Shown here piece by piece: positions 47,148-48,383 of a stretch of 48,383 nt of DNA. Each line of letters begins with the position of its first letter. Position 1 is the stretch's first letter. Position numbers and translations under genes: made by a program. A model generated the notes under the pieces. It had not been told where the DNA came from. It made no database searches and was given only the letters and a program-made list of their open reading frames with translations. The stretch is from a virus. Taxonomy: Duplodnaviria > Heunggongvirae > Uroviricota > Caudoviricetes. The stretch lies in IMG/VR virus record IMGVR_UViG_2671180501_000010, one strand, 5' to 3'.

Positions 47148-48383
47148 ATGTCTAAATTACCAACAGGTGTCGAGATTCGAGGTAAATACATTCGCATCTG
47201 GTTCATGTTTCGAGGAAAACGATGTCGGGAAACATTGAAAGGCTGGGAGGTTACTAACAGTAACATTAAAAAAGCCGGGAATTTAAGAGCGTTGATAGTT
47301 CATGAAATCAATTCCGGTGAGTTTGAGTATTTAAGACGTTTTCCCCAGTCCAGCACTGGGGCAAAAATGGTGACAACGAGGGTCATAAAAACGTTCGGGG
47401 AGCTTTGTGATATCTGGACAAAAATTAAAGAAACAGAGTTAACAACAAACACAATGAAGAAAACGAAATCACAATTAAAAACACTCAGGATAATAATTTG
47501 TGAGAGTACTCCGATATCGCATATTCGTTATAGCGATATCTTAAACTACCGGAATGAACTGCTGCATGGAGAAACGCTTTACCTGGATAATCCAAGATCC
47601 AACAAAAAAGGAAGAACCGTGCGCACAGTTGATAACTATATCGCCCTGCTCTGTTCGTTGTTACGTTTTGCGTATCAGTCGGGATTTATATCAACCAAAC
47701 CATTTGAAGGAGTAAAGAAATTACAGAGAAACAGAATAAAGCCTGACCCGTTATCTAAAACAGAATTCAATGCATTAATGGAAAGTGAAAAAGGACAGAG
47801 CCAGAACTTGTGGAAATTTGCCGTATACTCCGGGCTTCGTCACGGGGAACTGGCTGCTCTGGCGTGGGAGGATGTGGATTTCGAGAAGGGAGTTGTGAAT
47901 GTCAGAAGAAACCTGACGATACTGGATATGTTCGGTCCCCCAAAAACAAATGCGGGGATCCGGACGGTAACACTACTGCAGCCTGCTCTTGAAGCACTGA
48001 AGGAGCAATACAAACTGACCGGGCATCATCGCAAAAGCGAAATCACTTTTTATCATCGGGAGTACGGCAGAACCGAAAAGCAAAAACTGCATTTTGTTTT
48101 CATGCCCAGAGTGTGTAACGGAAAACAGAAACCTTATTACTCGGTAAGCAGTTTGGGTGCGAGATGGAATGCAGCAGTAAAACGTGCTGGTATTCGCCGC
48201 CGTAATCCGTACCATACGCGGCATACTTTTGCCTGCTGGCTGTTGACGGCAGGAGCGAACCCGGCGTTTATAGCCAGCCAGATGGGGCATGAAACTGCGC
48301 AGATGGTGTATGAAATTTACGGTATGTGGATTGATGACATGAACGACGAACAGGTAGCCATGTTGAATGCGCGGTTATCGTAG
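47148..48383 (+). CDS. intR: Tyrosine-type site-specific integrase
   Basis: 411-aa ORF; C-terminal catalytic signature (…NPYHTRHTFACWLLTAGANPAFIASQMGHETAQMVYEIYGMW…) with R/H/R/Y residues; matches recalled Rac IntR; the stop is the last codon of the window. Confidence 0.9.
   Translation: MSKLPTGVEIRGKYIRIWFMFRGKRCRETLKGWEVTNSNIKKAGNLRALIVHEINSGEFEYLRRFPQSSTGAKMVTTRVIKTFGELCDIWTKIKETELTTNTMKKTKSQLKTLRIIICESTPISHIRYSDILNYRNELLHGETLYLDNPRSNKKGRTVRTVDNYIALLCSLLRFAYQSGFISTKPFEGVKKLQRNRIKPDPLSKTEFNALMESEKGQSQNLWKFAVYSGLRHGELAALAWEDVDFEKGVVNVRRNLTILDMFGPPKTNAGIRTVTLLQPALEALKEQYKLTGHHRKSEITFYHREYGRTEKQKLHFVFMPRVCNGKQKPYYSVSSLGARWNAAVKRAGIRRRNPYHTRHTFACWLLTAGANPAFIASQMGHETAQMVYEIYGMWIDDMNDEQVAMLNARLS

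Noticed and set aside
1-48383. CRISPR arrays, rRNA genes, IS elements or transposase genes
   Set aside because: No regularly spaced direct repeats, no rRNA-like sequence and no transposase-like ORF were found; an IS insertion in lom (as I recall for K-12 lomR) cannot be excluded inside the masked run, but the run is too short for a full IS.

Overview
This window is an almost complete Rac-like lambdoid prophage of an Escherichia coli-type host, lying in reverse orientation (late genes on the minus strand, recombination/integration genes on the plus strand at the right edge). All calls come from reading the sequence and ORF track against recalled protein families; no database search was run. 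From left to right: tail fibre assembly and side tail fibre genes, lom, a lambda-like tail tip module (J, I, K, L, M, tape measure H, G/G-T chaperone with an A_AAA_AAG slippery site), a non-lambda head module (major tail, HK97 gp10-like, connector, capsid, scaffold, Mu F-like, portal, terminase), a GT-A-like plus ParB-like gene pair, trkG, a phage-21-type lysis cassette (pinholin, SAR endolysin, Rz/Rz1), two lipoprotein morons with TolA domain-III-like C-termini, a Q-like antiterminator with two downstream terminators, nin-like genes, replication genes (ydaU/V/W-like), the racR-ydaS-ydaT immunity region, sieB, kilR, racC, recE/recT, ralR, xis and int. The strongest candidate for an undescribed system is an AT-rich cargo island at about 32.7-36.6 kb. 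It holds a tightly linked two-gene operon of unknown function (a 340-aa protein with a C-terminal R-N-x3-H HEPN-like motif, and a 333-aa protein with a GNAT-like C-terminus) and a divergently oriented YeaR/DUF1971-like gene. Other points worth a second look are the TolA-like lipoproteins, an in-frame TGA inside ralR, and two N-masked runs (4250-4676, 7448-7695) that hide the J C-terminus, the lom N-terminus and an internal J segment. No CRISPR array, tRNA, rRNA or IS element was seen.
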